Positions 11,372-24,371 of a stretch of 64,000 nt of DNA are shown in pieces. The position numbers and the translations under genes were made by a program. The notes under the pieces were generated by a model. That model was not told the origin of the DNA and ran no database searches. It saw nothing but the letters and a program-made list of their open reading frames with translations. The first letter of the stretch is position 1; each line of letters begins with the position of its first letter. The DNA is from Chiloscyllium plagiosum (Eukaryota): assembly GCF_004010195.1 (NCBI RefSeq), contig NC_057744.1, positions 4,754,657-4,818,656 of the forward strand, in the 5' to 3' direction.

Positions 11372-11463
11372 TGGGTTACGCTTCGGCGGGTCGGTGTGGA
11401 CTTGTTGGGCCGAAGGGCCTGTTTCCACACTGTAAGTAATCTAATCTAATCTAATCTAAAAAA
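11372..11463 (+). mobile_element. 5'-truncated HE1-like SINE tail between ~80-bp direct repeats
   Basis: cttcggcgggtcggtgtggacttgttgggccgaagggcctgtttccacactgtaag(taatc)n, the same tail as 46140-46220. Flanks 11292-11371 and 11464-11543 are duplicated. Confidence 0.85.
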
Positions 11464-11819
11464 AGCTGTGTGTGTGTCAGAATATGGGGAACACCACAGA
11501 ATGTTTCACGCATTAATTTAATTGATGAGGCTATTGTGAACAGGAGGCCAAATACACAGGTTTTACATAATTATCCACTTACTCAATACTAACACAACAG
11601 CGAGATAAACTTTAATTAAACACCCATGACATAAATCCTTTCCAATTAATTCCCAGAGGATTGAATCTCAGTGGACCAAACTTGTTCCCATTTGCACTCA
11701 GTGCATACAATCCCAACAGACAACATCACTTCATATTTAATTCCAAGCATCCACTCCAAATCCACTTTCTCATCATTCCCAATTTATAGAAGTACAGCAT
11801 CTTATTTAATTGGGTCATA

Positions 11820-13130
11820 AGATGCAGGCCATCCAGCCAATCAAGTCATCTCTGCATTCGATGAGATCATGGCTGTTCTGATAATCCTTAACTCCACTTG
11901 CCAGCCTTTCCCCCTTAATTCTTAATTCCTTCACTGATTGAAAATTGATCCACCTCAGCCTTATATATATTTAATTGCAAAACCTCGACAGCCCTCTATG
12001 ATAAATTCTGCAGATTCACCACCCTCAGAGAAAAGAAATCCTTTCATCTTGATTTAAATAAATGATCCCTTACTCTGATATTGTGCCCTCTGTTCCGAGA
12101 CTCACCCACAAGGGAAACAACCTCTTCGCATCTCACCCTGTCAAGACCTCTAAGAATCCTATAAGTCCATAAGACATAGGAGCGGAAGTAAGGCCATTTG
12201 GCCCATCGAGTCCACTCCGCCATTCAATCATGGCTGATGGGCATTTCTACTCCACTTACCCGCCTTCTTCCCATAGCCCTTAATTCCTTGTGACATCAAG
12301 AATTTATCAATTTCTGTCTTGAAGACATTTAGCGTCCCGGACTCCACTGCACTCTGCGGCAATGAATTCCACAGGCCCACCACTCTCTGGCTGAAGAAAT
12401 GTCTCTGCATCTCTGTTATGAATTTACCCCCTCTAATTCTAAGGCTGTGTCCACGGGTTCTAGTCTCCTCACCTAATGGAAACGGGGCCTAACCAGAGCT
12501 TTATAAAGTCTCAGTAGCACAACAGTGCTTTTATATTCCAACCCTCTTGAGATAAATGACAACATTGCATTCGCTTTCTTAATCACGGACTCAACCTGCA
12601 TGTTTCCCCTTAGAGAATCCTCGACTAGCACTCCCAGATCCCTTTATACTTTGGCTTTATGAATTTTCTCACCGTTTAGAAAGTAGTCCATGCTGGTATT
12701 CTTTTTTTCCAAAGTGCAAGACCTCGCATTTGCTCACATTGAATTCCATCAGCCATTTCCTGGACCACTCTCCCAAACTGTCTAGATGCTTCTGCAGCCT
12801 CCCCACTTCCTCAGTACTACCTGCCTGTCCACCCAACTTCGTACCATCGGCAAACTTCGCTAGAATGCCCCCAGTCTCTTCATCCAGATCATTAATATAT
12901 AATGTGAACAGCTGCTGCCCCAACACTGAACCCTATATTTTAATAAGGTCTCCCCTCATTTTTCTAAACTCCAATGAGTAAAAGCCCAACCTTCTCAATC
13001 TTCCCTCAAAAGGAAATCTCTCCATGCCCAGGATCAACCAAGTGAACCCTCTCTGGACTACTTCAAATGGCAGTATACCTTTCTTTAGATAAGGGGCCCC
13101 CAAAACTGTTACACTATTGCAAATGTGGTC
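11820..13130 (-). mobile_element. Nested CR1/HER1-like LINE 3' fragments
   Basis: Translations LFTLYINDL..KFADGTKLGG, WLMEFNVSKCEVLHFG, FFSQRVVGLWNSLP, LEFRKMRGDLI. Confidence 0.85.
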
Positions 13131-13138
13131 TGACTTAC

Positions 13139-13355
13139 CTTCGCACAACACTGTTAGGTCAATTCTGCTTCTATAGATGCTACTGGATGACCTCGGGATC
13201 CGCATATCACAAGTGAAGTAGCCTCTGTCGCTGCATTCCACGTCAGTTATGAGAATGGAGCCATTGCTTTGTCCAATATCACCCACCCACTGCAGTCTTG
13301 GGAAGAATACTGTTTCCTGTGCTATCACACTGAGGTTTTGGTAGTGAAAGAAAAT
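13139..13355 (-). CDS. JAML: JAML-like receptor, second half of Ig V-set domain
   Basis: cag|ATT...G|gtaagt, 217 nt, phase 0 to 1. FPRLQWVGDIGQSNGSILITDVECSDRGYFTCDMR carries the MPZ/SCN-beta/JAML RLQWVGD..GSI motif and the D-x-G-x-F-x-C F-strand motif. Confidence 0.9.
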
Positions 13356-13399
13356 CTGTGTTGGAATCAAGAAGGAAATTAACTAAAGATGAAGCGCAG

Positions 13400-13535
13400 C
13401 ATTAGATACTGAGTAAAACACCCTTTACAATGCTTCCCATCAAACAGTCCCAGGGCCAGGAACAGCACAGGGTTAGATACAGGGTAAAGCTTCTTCTACA
13501 TTGTCCCCATCAAACACTCCCAGGCCAGGTATATC
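13400..13535 (+). repeat. Two-copy ~71-bp tandem repeat
   Basis: ttagatac..gtaaa...cccatcaaaca.tccca.ggccagg occurs twice. Confidence 0.55.
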
Positions 13536-14084
13536 ACTCAACAGGTATACAATTAACTTAATTATTCTCATTGAAACTGAACTCGAAGGAAGTGCCGATT
13601 CCAACACCAGTCACTTCACAAGTTCCTCTCACCTGGAGAATAGCACAATTTATTGTACAATCATCAGTTAACTGTTCACTGGCACATTCACCATGAAAAC
13701 ACCACATGCTAACCAATCAGCACTCTCTTCTCGGGCAGTATAAAATTGTTATTTGAGATTTGGTATTCTTGTGATGCATCCCTGATCAGTGCAAGACAAG
13801 AAGCTTTGATAACATGCAATACACAGCCTATGATCTTAATGAAGTTAGGAATGGTTTCTATAGAAACAAAAGGATGCCTGCAAAATGGACTGAGAAATCG
13901 CCAACAGAAGCTTGCTTCAAATTACAGGATAAAATATACAAGGTCAAACCTTAAAGTGTGTCAATGATAGTGGGCTGAGGCAACATGAACTGAGAGAGAA
14001 GGCTGTTACGAGTGGTATCACTGCATAGTCTCTGATTGTTTTCAGTGGTGATAGTGGTTTTGTTACTTTTAGAATCATGGAAGA

Positions 14085-14690
14085 CCATAAGACCATAAGA
14101 CATAGGAGGGGAAGCAAGGCCATTTGGCCCATTGAGCCCACTCTGCCATTTAATCATGGCTGATGAGCATTTCAGTTCCACTTACCTGCACTCTCCCCAT
14201 AGCCCATAATCCCTTGTGAGATCAAGAATTTATCAATCTCTGCCTTGAAGACACCCAACGTCCCGGCCTTAACTACGCTCCGTGACAATGAATTCCACAG
14301 GCCCACCACTCTCTGGCTGAAGAAATGTTTCCTCATTTCCGTTCTAAATTGACCCGCTCTAATTTTAAGGCTGTGCCCATGGGTCCTCGTCTCCCTGCCT
14401 AATGGAAACAACCTCCCAGCATCCACCCTTTCTAAGCCATGCATTATCTTGTAAGTTTCTATTAGATTTCCCCTCAACCTTCTAAACTCTAATGAATACA
14501 ATCTGAGGATTCTCAGCCAATCATCATCAATGTGAATCTCCGTTGGACACACTCCAGTGCCAGTATGTCCTTCCTGAGGTGTGGGGCCCAAAATTGGACA
14601 CAGTATTTTAAACGGGGCCTAACTAGAGCTTTATAAAGTCTTACAAGTACATTGTTGCTTTTATATTCCAACCCTCTTGAGATAAATAGA
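14085..14690 (-). mobile_element. CR1/HER1-like LINE 3' end
   Basis: [22 protein letters not shown]...TRTHGHSLK...FFSQRVVGLWNSL; (cttatggt)n-type tail. Confidence 0.85.
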
Positions 14691-14914
14691 ATCCCTACAC
14701 TTTGCCCATCCGCACTGACCTTCCAAAGAGCATCTCACTCACTTCCACCCACCCTATCCCTTTAACTTTGCATTTCCCATGGCCAACCCACTTAACCTGT
14801 ACATCCCTGGACACTGCGAACAATTTAGGAGGTTGAGAGTAGTGAGGTCAGAAATAAGGTTTCAAGGTTGCAGGAGCGCAGCAGCAAGCAGGAGGCTGGT
14901 TTGAAATGTATTAG

Positions 14915-15222
14915 ATTACAGTTGTATTAGATTAGATTACTTACAGTGTGGAAATAGGCCCTTCGGCACAACAAGTCCACACCGACCCTCCGAAGAGCAA
15001 CCCACCCATTCCCCTACATTTACCCCTTCATCGCATGGCCAATTCACCTGACCTGCACATTTTTGGACTGTGGGAGGAAACCGGAGCACCCGGAGGAAAC
15101 CCACACAGACATGGGGAGAACGTGCAAACTCCACACAGACAGTTGCCCGAGGCGGGAATTGAACCCGGGTCTCTGGTGCTGTGAGGCAGTAGTGCTAACC
15201 ACTGTACCACTGTGCTGCCCCG
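14915..15222 (-). mobile_element. HE1-like tRNA-derived SINE inserted in the CR1 endonuclease region
   Basis: Full head ggggcagcacagtggtacagtggttagcactactgcctcacagc on the minus strand, with (taatc)n tail. Confidence 0.88.
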
Positions 15223-17034
15223 TGTCTACTTCAATGCCAGGAGCATCCAGAATAAGGTGGGTGAACTTGCAGCATGGGTTGGTACCTGGGACTTCGATAT
15301 TGTGGCCAATTCAGAGACATGGATAGAGCAGGGACAGGAATGGTTGTTACAGCTTCTGGGATTTAGATGTTTCAGTAAGAACAGGGAAGATGGTAAACGT
15401 GAGGGAGATGTGGCATTGTTAGTCAAGGACAGTATTACGGTGGCAGAAAGGACGTTTGAGGACTCGTCTACTGAGATAGTATGGGCTGAGGTTAGAAACA
15501 GGAAATGAGAGGCCACCCTGTGGGAGTTTTCTATAGGCCTCCGAATAGTTCCAGAGATGAAGAGGAAAGGAGAGCAAAGATTATTCTGGATAGAAGCGAG
15601 AGTGACAGAGTAGTTGTTATGGGAGCCTTTAACTTTCCAAAAATTGACTGGAAATACTATAGTTCGAGTACTTGAGATGGGTCAGTTTTTGTCCAATGTG
15701 TGCAGGAGGGTTTCCTGACACAGTATGTAGACAAGCCAGCAATGTGCGAGGCCACATTGGATTTGGTCCTGAGTGATAAACCAGGTGTTAGATTTGGAGG
15801 CAGGTGAACACTTTGGTGATAGTGACCACAGTTCAGTTATGTTTACTTTAGTGATGGAAAGGGATAGATATATACTGCAGGGCAAAACTTATAGTTGGGG
15901 GAAAGGCAATTACGATGCGATTATGCAAAATTCTGGATACATAGGATAGGGAAGGAAACTGCAGACGATGGGCACAATTGAAATGTGGAGCTTATTCAAG
16001 GAACAGCTACTGCGTGTCCTTGACAAGTATGTACTGGTCAAGCAGGGAGGAAGTGGTCGAGTTCAGGAGCCGTAGTTTACTACAGAAGTTGAATCTCTTG
16101 TCAAGAGGAAGAAGAATGCTTATGAGACATGAAGGCTCAGTTAAGGTGCTTGAGAGTTACAAGTTAGCTAGGAAAGATCTAAAGAGAGAGGTAAGAAGAG
16201 TCAGGAGAGGACATGAGAAGTCATTGGCAGATAAGATCAAGGAAAACCCTAAAGCTTTCCAAAGATATATCAGGAATAAAAGAATCCTTTAAGATTAGAG
16301 TTAGTTTAGGGCCAATCAAGGACAGTAGTGGGAAATTGTGAGTGGAGTCCAAGGAGATAGGAGAAGCACTAAATGAATATTTTTCGCTAATATTCACATT
16401 GGAAAAAGACAATGTTGCCAAGAAGAATAATGACATACAGGTACCAGACTAGACAGGATTGAGGTTCACAAGGAGGAGGTGTTAGCAATTCTGGAAAGTG
16501 TGAAAAGATAATTTCTCTTGGCTGGATGGGATTTATCCTAGGATTCTCTGGGAAGCCAGGGAGGAGATTACAGAGCTTTTGGCTTTGATCTTTATGTCAC
16601 CATTGTCTACAGGAATAGTGCCAGAAGACTGGAGGATAGCAAATGTTGTCCCCTTGTTCAAGAAGGGGAGTAGAGACAATTATAGACCAGTGAGCCTTAC
16701 TTCAGTTGTAGGTAAATTGTTGGAAAAGGTTATAAGAGAGAGGAATTACATTCATCTAGAAAAGAATAAGTTGATTAGGGATAGTCAACACGGTGAAGTG
16801 AAGGATAGGTCGTACTTCACAAACCTTCTGAGTTCTTTGAGAAGGTGACCAAACAGGTGGATGAGAGTAAAGTGGTTGATGTTCTTTGTATGGATTTCAG
16901 TAAGATGTTCGATAAGGCTCCCCATGGTAGGCTATTGCACAAAATACAGAGGCATGGGATTGAGGATGATTTTGTGGTTTGGATCAGAAATTGGCTAGAT
17001 GGAAGAAGACCGAGGGTGGTGGTTGAAGAGAAAT

Positions 17035-17255
17035 CTGGATTAGTGGTGCTGGAAAAGCACAGCAGTTCAGCCAGCATCCGGGGAGCAAGAAAATCGATGT
17101 TTCGGGCAAAAGCCCTTCATCAGGAATACTTAATGAAGGGCTTTTGCCCAAAACGTCGATTTTTCTGCTCCTCAGATGCTGCCTGAACTGCTGTGCTTTT
17201 CAAGCACCATTAATCCAGAATCTGGTTTCCAGCATCTGCAGTCATTGTTTTTACC
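17035..17255. mobile_element. Family A fold-back PLE inserted in the CR1 RT, 15-bp TSD
   Basis: tggttgaagagaaat at 17020-17034 and 17256-17270; minus-arm hammerhead ATTCCTGATGAAGGGCTTTTGCCCGAAACATCGATT. Confidence 0.85.
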
Positions 17256-18254
17256 TGGTTGAAGAGAAATGTTCATCCTGGAGTTCAGTTACTAGTGGTG
17301 TACCGCAAGGATCTGTTTTGGGACCTGGATGAGGGCGTAGAATGATGGGTTAGTAAATTTGTGGATGACAGTAAAGTTGGTGGAGTTGTGGACAGTGCAA
17401 AAGAATGTTGTAGGTTACAGAGGGACATAGATAAGCTGCAGAGCTGGGTTGAGAGTTGGCAAATGGAGTTTAATGGGGAAAAGTGTGAGGTGATTCACTT
17501 TGAAAGGAGCAACAGGAATAAAGAGTACGGGGTTAATGGTAAGATTCTTGGCAGAGATAAGCAGGGAGAGCTTGGTTTCCAAGTACATAGATCCCTGAAA
17601 GTTGCCATCCAGGTTGATAGAGTTGTCAAGAAGACATACGGTGTGTTAGCTTTTATTGGGAGAGGGATCGAGTTTCGGAGCCATGAGGTCATGTTGCAGC
17701 TGTACAAAACCCTGGTGCGGCGGCACTTGAAGGATTGCGTACAGTTCTGGTCACGACATTATAGGAAGGATGTGAAAGCTTTGGAAAGGTTTCAGAGAAG
17801 ATTTACTAGGACGTTGCCTAGTATAGAGTGAAGGTTTAATGAGGAAAGGCTGAGGGACTTGAAGCTGTTTTCATTAGAGACAAGAAAGGTGAGAGGTGAC
17901 TTAATTGAGACATATAAGATAATCGGAGGGTTAGATAGGGTGGACAGTAAGGGCCTTTTTCCTCGGACAGTGATGGCTAGCACGAGGGAACATAGCTTTA
18001 AATTGAGGGGTGATAGATATAGGACACGTCAGAGGTAGTTTCTTTACTCAGAGTGTAGTAGGGGAGTGGGATGCCCTGCCTGCAACAGTAATAGACTCAC
18101 CAACTTTAAGGGCATTTAAATTGTCATTGGATAAATTTACGGATGAGAATGGAACAGTGTAGGTTAGATGGGCTTCAGATTGGTTTCACAGGTCAGCACA
18201 ACATCGATGGCCAAAAGGCCTGTGCTGCTCTGTAATATTCTATGCTCTATGATC

Positions 18255-18440
18255 TAATTCAGTGTTGCCAATCCACATAACTTGCAATCTTTGGACTGTT
18301 GGAGAAAACCTGAACAAACCCGCACTGACAAGGGTAGCATATCAAACTCCACACAGACAGTCCCCGAGTGTAAAATCGAACCTGGGTCCTTGGTTCTGTG
18401 AGGCAGCAGTGCTAACCACTGAGTCACCGTGCTGCTGCCC
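18255..18440 (-). mobile_element. HE1-like SINE, diverged
   Basis: gggcagcagcacggtgactcagtggttagcactgctgcctcacag on the minus strand. Confidence 0.75.
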
Positions 18441-18654
18441 ATTTCTCCAGTCTTCCCTGGTTGTCCTGCTCATTACTATTGGGGGTCAGTTAGTTCAGTT
18501 GGCTGGTTTGTGATGCAGAGTGACACCAACAGCGTAGATTCAATTCCTGCTCAGGCTGAGGTTACCATGAAGGATTCTCCTTCTCACTCTCTCCCTTCAC
18601 CTGAGACATGGTGACCCTCAGGTTAAAACACAATCAGCTATGTCTGTCTAACTA

Positions 18655-18785
18655 CAATCACCTGATGAAGGAGCGTCGCTCCGAAAGCTAGTGTGCTTCC
18701 AATTAAACCTGTTGGACTATAACCTGGTGTTGTGTGATTTTTAACTTTGTACACCCCAGTCCAACACCGGCATCTCGGCATCATA
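18655..18785 (+). mobile_element. Family B PLE terminal fragment
   Basis: Hammerhead motif followed by aattaaacctgttggactataacctggtgttgtgtgatttttaactttgtacaccccagtccaacacc, shared with ~9 other loci here. Confidence 0.8.
18659..18693 (+). ncRNA. Minimal type I hammerhead ribozyme motif (family B, intact)
   Basis: CAC-CTGATGA-A-GGAGC-GTC-GCTCC-GAAAG-CTA-GTG: stem I CAC/GTG, 5-bp stem II, palindromic AGCT helix III, CUA cleavage triplet. Confidence 0.78.
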
Positions 18786-19199
18786 ACTAGAGTGTGCTGT
18801 TCTGGTGACTTTACTTTTACTGCTAACTACACTCGTATCTGTTCAAAATAGACCTGGAAGAGTGGAAGCATGCTGTCTGTGACTTGCTGAAGCTATTGTG
18901 CATTCTGTGTTGCTGAAGTGCTGCAATGTGACAGTGTATGAACATAAGTACAATCTTTTTTAATGGATACATAATCAGAGCAATCACCCACTGATTTATC
19001 CTCATTTACAATGTGCTTTGGTGGACAACTTCTGCAGGTTCTTTGCAAAATTTCCCAGAGATTACTGAAAGCTCTCAACCACATCACTGTTGTAAATGGC
19101 AGCAGCTCTCACGACATTTGAGTTACAGACAAGTCACAAATCATGTAAGTAAAGTGCAGCCACTGAAATCAACAGAGAACTCTGGAACATATCACTCAC

Positions 19200-19369
19200 C
19201 AAGACCTCTTCGGTATCACTGTTAGAGCTATACAACCATTCCAGTTTGATGTTGTGCTGTTGAATGTCAGTTTGGTATTCGAGTTTGCAGTCCAACCGTA
19301 ACTCCATTCCCTTCTTTACAACCAAGGATTTTGGGGTATAGACACCAATCGCTAATGTGGAGCAGATAC
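19200..19369 (-). CDS. JAML: JAML-like receptor, first half of Ig V-set domain
   Basis: ctgtccttcag|GT...TTG|gtgagt, 170 nt, phase 1 to 0. GICSTLAIGVYTPKSLVVKKGMELRLDCKLEYQTDIQQHNIKLEWLYSSNSDTEEVL contains the B-strand Cys and C-strand Trp. Confidence 0.9.
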
Positions 19370-19509
19370 CTGAAGGACAGAAACCAACATCCAATGCCCA
19401 TTGATGGGTAGAAGCCTCAGTGTCTGGGCTGACAGGCAGTGGATTGATTCCCACTGTTGATGATGTTAGACCAGCTATTCTTCAGCCTGTATATAAACTA
19501 CCCAGACAC

Positions 19510-19790
19510 CTTAGAGCCATAGAGTCAGAACAGCATAAAAACAGACCCTTTGGTCCAACTCATCCATGCCGATCAGATATCCTAATCTGACCTAGTCCCA
19601 TTTGCCGGCATTTTGCCCATATCCCTCTGAACCCTTTTTATTCATATACCCATCCACATGCCTTTTAAATATTGTAATTGTACCAGCCTCTACCACTTCC
19701 TCTGGCAGCTTGTTCCCTACATGCACCACCCTCTGCATGAAAATGTTACCCTTCAGGTCCTTTTTAAATCTTTCCCCTCTTATCTTAAAC
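19510..19790 (-). mobile_element. CR1-like LINE 3' end
   Basis: FKIRGERFKKDLKGNIFMQRVVHVGNKLPEEVVEAGTITIFKRHVD. Confidence 0.8.
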
Positions 19791-20329
19791 CATTTGAGTG
19801 GATTCCAGACTGTAAACCTCTCCTGGGTATCTGTTATTTTATGTATAAAGCATGACAGCTCCACAATTAGAATCAAGGCTGTAAATCTCTCTTGGGTACA
19901 AACCTTTGATTAGATTCCAGGCTACCACTCTCTGCTGCATATCTGTCATTCTACTTGAAACTACATGACTTTCCTGATTAGGTTCCAGACTCTAATGTGC
20001 TCCTGAGTATCTATTGTCCCAAATATAAATTGTGTAGACATTGCAAATACATTTCAGCCTGTATGACACAAATTCTGACTTCTGTTTCTGAGCGCAAACG
20101 ATAACAGTTCTTAGCCACAAATATATATACAATTTTATTCATTAGCATTAATTACAACCAAGGCCCAGAAACAACACGCTTGCAGTATAAATGACAAAGA
20201 GCAATGGTCATAACTCTGCTCCCTGGGAACATGGCAGCAGACATCCATTGATCAGTAAACCAACCACTAATCACTGTCTTTAACTTTTTAACAAGTCCAT
20301 GATCTGGCCCTTTATCAAACAACATTTCC

Positions 20330-20992
20330 AACTTGGGTTCACCCACCCCACATTACAGGTGACCACACACACACACACACACACACACACTCTCTCTCAC
20401 AGACACTCACAATCCCCCACCCCAGACACACACACACTCCCACACTCACACATGCACCATCTCACAGACTTAGAGCCCTTTACATTCACACGCACACACA
20501 TATACACTCTCTCTCATAGACATTTAGAACCCCCCCCATACACACACACACAAAACACATATACGTTTCTGGGGTGAATTTGTACTTGCAGAGTTACCTT
20601 GCTCAAAAATTGCATGAATCCATGATTAGAATTAGTCTAAACATTATGGCACAGACGGCACCACACAGGGGGACAACAGCTTCAACACATTATCTGGGCT
20701 GACACCAATTGTTAAAGTTAATCTGAGAATGTAACTTTTAAAAAAGGTTTTGTGATTTACATATGAAAGAAGTGAAACTAACATGGTCATTCTGACAGAT
20801 GAGCGACTTAACAAACAATCAAGGTATTTTTCAATGTATAATTTCAGTTACATCTCACTGTAAATTTTTGCTATAAATTCTGTGTTCTACAATTGTGTCC
20901 TCCACAACCACCTGATGAAGGAGCGTCGCTCCGAACACTAGTGCTTCCAATTAAACCTATTGGACTATAACCTGGTGTTGTGTGATTTTTAA
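20330..20992 (+). mobile_element. Family B PLE 3' region with CA-rich tract and mutated hammerhead
   Basis: (CA)n tract 20365-20560; cacctgatgaaggagcgtcgctccgaacactagtg at 20909-20943; family B tail. Confidence 0.75.
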
Positions 20993-22072
20993 TGTTTCCA
21001 ATGGTACTCCTCTCATCAGTCTTATGACTGATATTGTCAAAGAATTCAGTCAAATTCATGACTTATCTTGAACCAGTTGTGCTGGTGTTGATTTATAATT
21101 TACATAAATGAAAGCCAGTTGATGTTGTCACTGCCAGCAACATTTATTTTATAAAAAAACCTGTAAATCTTCCTGCACAGTATCAGACAAAAGCTAAAGC
21201 TACAAGGATGCTTGATTTACCATGCTGTGTGAGATACAGAACCCTGGTCAAGGTACAGCTCATGTTTAGTAGCATGGGCCGGAATAATTGCACTTTATTA
21301 TGGGTTAAATTGCTTCACAATATTAAAATTATCATGAGTTGAAGTCAGCTGGCTGCAAAAAGGGAAACTGTGGGTTTGTGTTTGGTAGCCAGGCAAGGTG
21401 GTGATAGGAAGGATCTGCAGGTTCACCTTCCCCTTTCCACTAAAATAACTGTTCTCCTGTGCAGCAATGCAACGGCATCAGAGCTTTCAATATTGCTCCT
21501 TCAGTTTTACTCTCAGCAAAGAGACAGCTGGGAACATATATATCAGCGTCTGTACAGAACCTGAACAGTTTATACAAAGGATATGATTTGTGGAACTTAG
21601 CAAAAATCTTGCACCCAAGCCATGACATCTCATTAGGGCTTGGGAGAGAAAGCTGTCCTCTGAGAGGAGGAATGGGTTTATAATCTGTGCAGTTTGTAAG
21701 CAGGAGGTGACCTCATTGAAATATAAATTTGGATGGGACTTTCCTCCCTAAATGTGACAAGGAAGGTGGAGGATGGGTAATACTGGGGTGAGTTAATGTC
21801 AAGAAGTTACTGCCCCTCCTCCCAGTTCAGCAGTTATGTTTTGGGGGTAGGTGCATGGGCAACCTTCCTGACCCCTACCAACTGAGGGCAGTAAGGGGTT
21901 AATTAAAGGCATGTTAAGGGCCCCAAACCCTCCAGTTGACTTTGTCATGACAGGAGAGTAAAGTGGCAGTCTTCCCATCTATTACAACGGGGTAGATCAC
22001 CAACTGCGGTTTGGGGGGGGGGGGGGGGGGCTAGGTGGGGTGCTGGGAGGAGCTATGCCCAGGATAGAGGCA

Positions 22073-22264
22073 GTAGAAAGTGAGGACTGCAGATGCTGGA
22101 AATCAGAGTCGAGAGTGTGGTGCTGGAAAAGCACAGCAAGGTCAGGCAGCATGCGAGAAGCAGGAAAATCGTCGTTTCCCGAGTCATGAGTGCCTGAAAC
22201 ATTGATTCTCCTGCTTCTCTAATGCTGCCTGACCTGCTGTGCTTTTCCAGCATCACACTCTCAA
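22073..22264. mobile_element. Family A fold-back PLE, 15-bp TSD
   Basis: cccaggatagaggca at 22058-22072 and 22265-22279; inverted arms. Confidence 0.8.
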
Positions 22265-24331
22265 CCCAGGATAGAGGCAATCTAGACATGAATGAGGGTC
22301 GAAGGGTGGCAGCACAAAGCCATTGATGGTGCCAGTCCTTTGTGCTGCTGTTCAGCCAGAGAGGTGGGACATCTATGTCATGGGAGTTGATTGGGTAAGA
22401 CACAACGGTGGGGGTGGGGGAGGGTGCAGTCTCTCAATCCTACAGGCACTCACTGCCACATTTGGTCAGAAACAAAATGGCAAGTTCTGTCCATAACTTT
22501 CTTAGGGACAAGGTGGTTGCTACAGGTAGATGCTGAGAGGCTGTTGCCCCCTTAGTTGGAGAATCTGGGTCTATGATTCATAGTCGAAAGTTGGGAAAAA
22601 GCCATTTAACACTGAGCTGAGGAGAAATGTCTCAACTCAAAATGAGTATGAATCTTTGGAATTCTCAATCCCAGAGAGAACCTGGAAGATTGAACACATT
22701 TAAGATTGGGATGTATAGAGTTTCGGGCACTGAGGCAACCAAGCAATATGAGGTTAGAGTTAGAAAGTAGAATTGAGTTAAAAGATCAACCATAATCTCA
22801 TTGAATGATGGAACAAATTCAAAGGGCCGAATGGCCAATTCCTGCTCCTATTTCTTCTTGTCTGGTGTACAAGTGATTTGATAGAGGTATTTAACATTAT
22901 GAATAGAAGGAACAGAGTATGCAAAAGCAGAGGGTCTTTTTCTGACATAATTTCGCTGGTGGAAATTCCAGAGAATGGGAAGGAATGTCCAAAATTGTTC
23001 TCTGTTGACTTTAATGAAGAGTAAAATCAGGCAGAGTCTAAAACCAGCATTGATCCCAAAGCCTTTAATTTCCCTATGATGGGTCCCAATCACCCCCAGA
23101 ATGTTTCCAGTAGTTGAAGGGTCTTGAATGCAAAGATATTAATGTAAGATTGAATGAAAGTGATTTAGAAAAAAAGAGCAGGAAAAGTGTGCCCTGTTAC
23201 TCAAGGCAGTTGTGAGAGTGTAAAATTCACTAACAAAGATAACAATGCAAACAAAGACCAAATTTATAAATATTAGTATTGTATTAATATATATATATAA
23301 ATACAGGAGTACTGGAGGATAGAGGGCTTATGCATATGGGAACAGTGGGTAACAATGTTACCTCAGTACGGGTACAAGTTATGGCTTCAAGTCCCACTCC
23401 AGGATTTGAAGTCAAAATTTGTGGCTGACATTTCAGTGCAGTATCGAGGGAGTGTCGCAATGTTGGAGGTGCCATCTGACGGATGATTTGTTAAATTCAG
23501 GCCCCAGTGGACCTGAAAGATCTGACTATTTCCAAAGAAGAGTAGAGGAGCTCTTCTCAGTGTCATGGTCAATATTTATTCCCTCAATCAACACCAATAA
23601 AAAATCATTATCAAATTACTGTTTGTGGAAGCTTACTGTGTACAAATTGACTTCAGTGTTTCCAATATGACAACATCAGCTATGCTTAAAAAAGCATTTC
23701 TTTGGTTGCAGAGCATCTGGGATGCTCTAGGTCATGAAAAACGCTACCAAAATACAATCTTTACCCCTTTTGTCAATACTGACACTGAGCTGGGTCTTTC
23801 CTCCTCTGTCCTCAAAACCTAACAGTACCCTCAACAAAAACAGAAATTTCTGGAGAAACTCAGCAGGTCTGGCAGCATCTGTGGAGAGAGAAACTGTTAA
23901 CGTTTCAAGTTGAGAGCCAGTTAACTCTACCTTCCCTCCACAGATGCTACCAGACCTGTTGAATTTCTGTTTTCATTTCAGATTTCCAAACTCCACAGTT
24001 CTTTGTTTTAGTTTAATGCACTGGAAATCCATTTTTGCTCACAGGCATGAAAATAGATCACCAATTCAGCCCGATCTGAGCTGCTAGTCCACTATTCAAC
24101 TCATTGAGCCCATTCTTAAATAGGTTCAATGCAGCTCAACTAAAAACAAATCAATGATGACTGTTGGGTAGGGGCTTGATATTTAGAGATGGGTGAACCA
24201 TGTAATAAAATCTCTAGGAATGTAACGAGCCACAGTCAGCAATCCCAGCCCCAATTACATGTTGTGACTCAAACCCTCTGCCTAATACAGGCCACTCTTC
24301 CGTCACTGTTTCCAATAAACAAAGTACTTAC

Positions 24332-24371
24332 CACAGAATATGAGAGATGACAGCAGCAAGAGGAGATCCAT
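24332..24371 (-). CDS. JAML: JAML-like receptor, start/signal-peptide exon (exon spans 24332-24386)
   Basis: ctttctctccgtag|GTGAGGAACAGTGAA-ATG; MDLLLLLSSLIFC + G|gtaagt (40 nt, phase 1). Completes a signal peptide with GICSTLA from the next exon. Confidence 0.8.

Larger units (their letters stand above)
14820..18250 (+). mobile_element. Degenerate CR1/HER1-like LINE ORF2 (APE endonuclease + RT) with nested SINE and PLE insertions
   Basis: VYFNARSI..ETW (EN), PEDWRIANVVPLFKKG..NYRPVSLTS, DFSKMFDKAPH, SGVPQGSVLGP, FVDDSKVGG, WQMEFNGEKCEVIHF; many stops and frameshifts. Confidence 0.92.

Noticed and set aside
22012-22030. Poly-G run (also ~32809-32820)
   Set aside because: Simple homopolymer of uncertain length with no supporting context.
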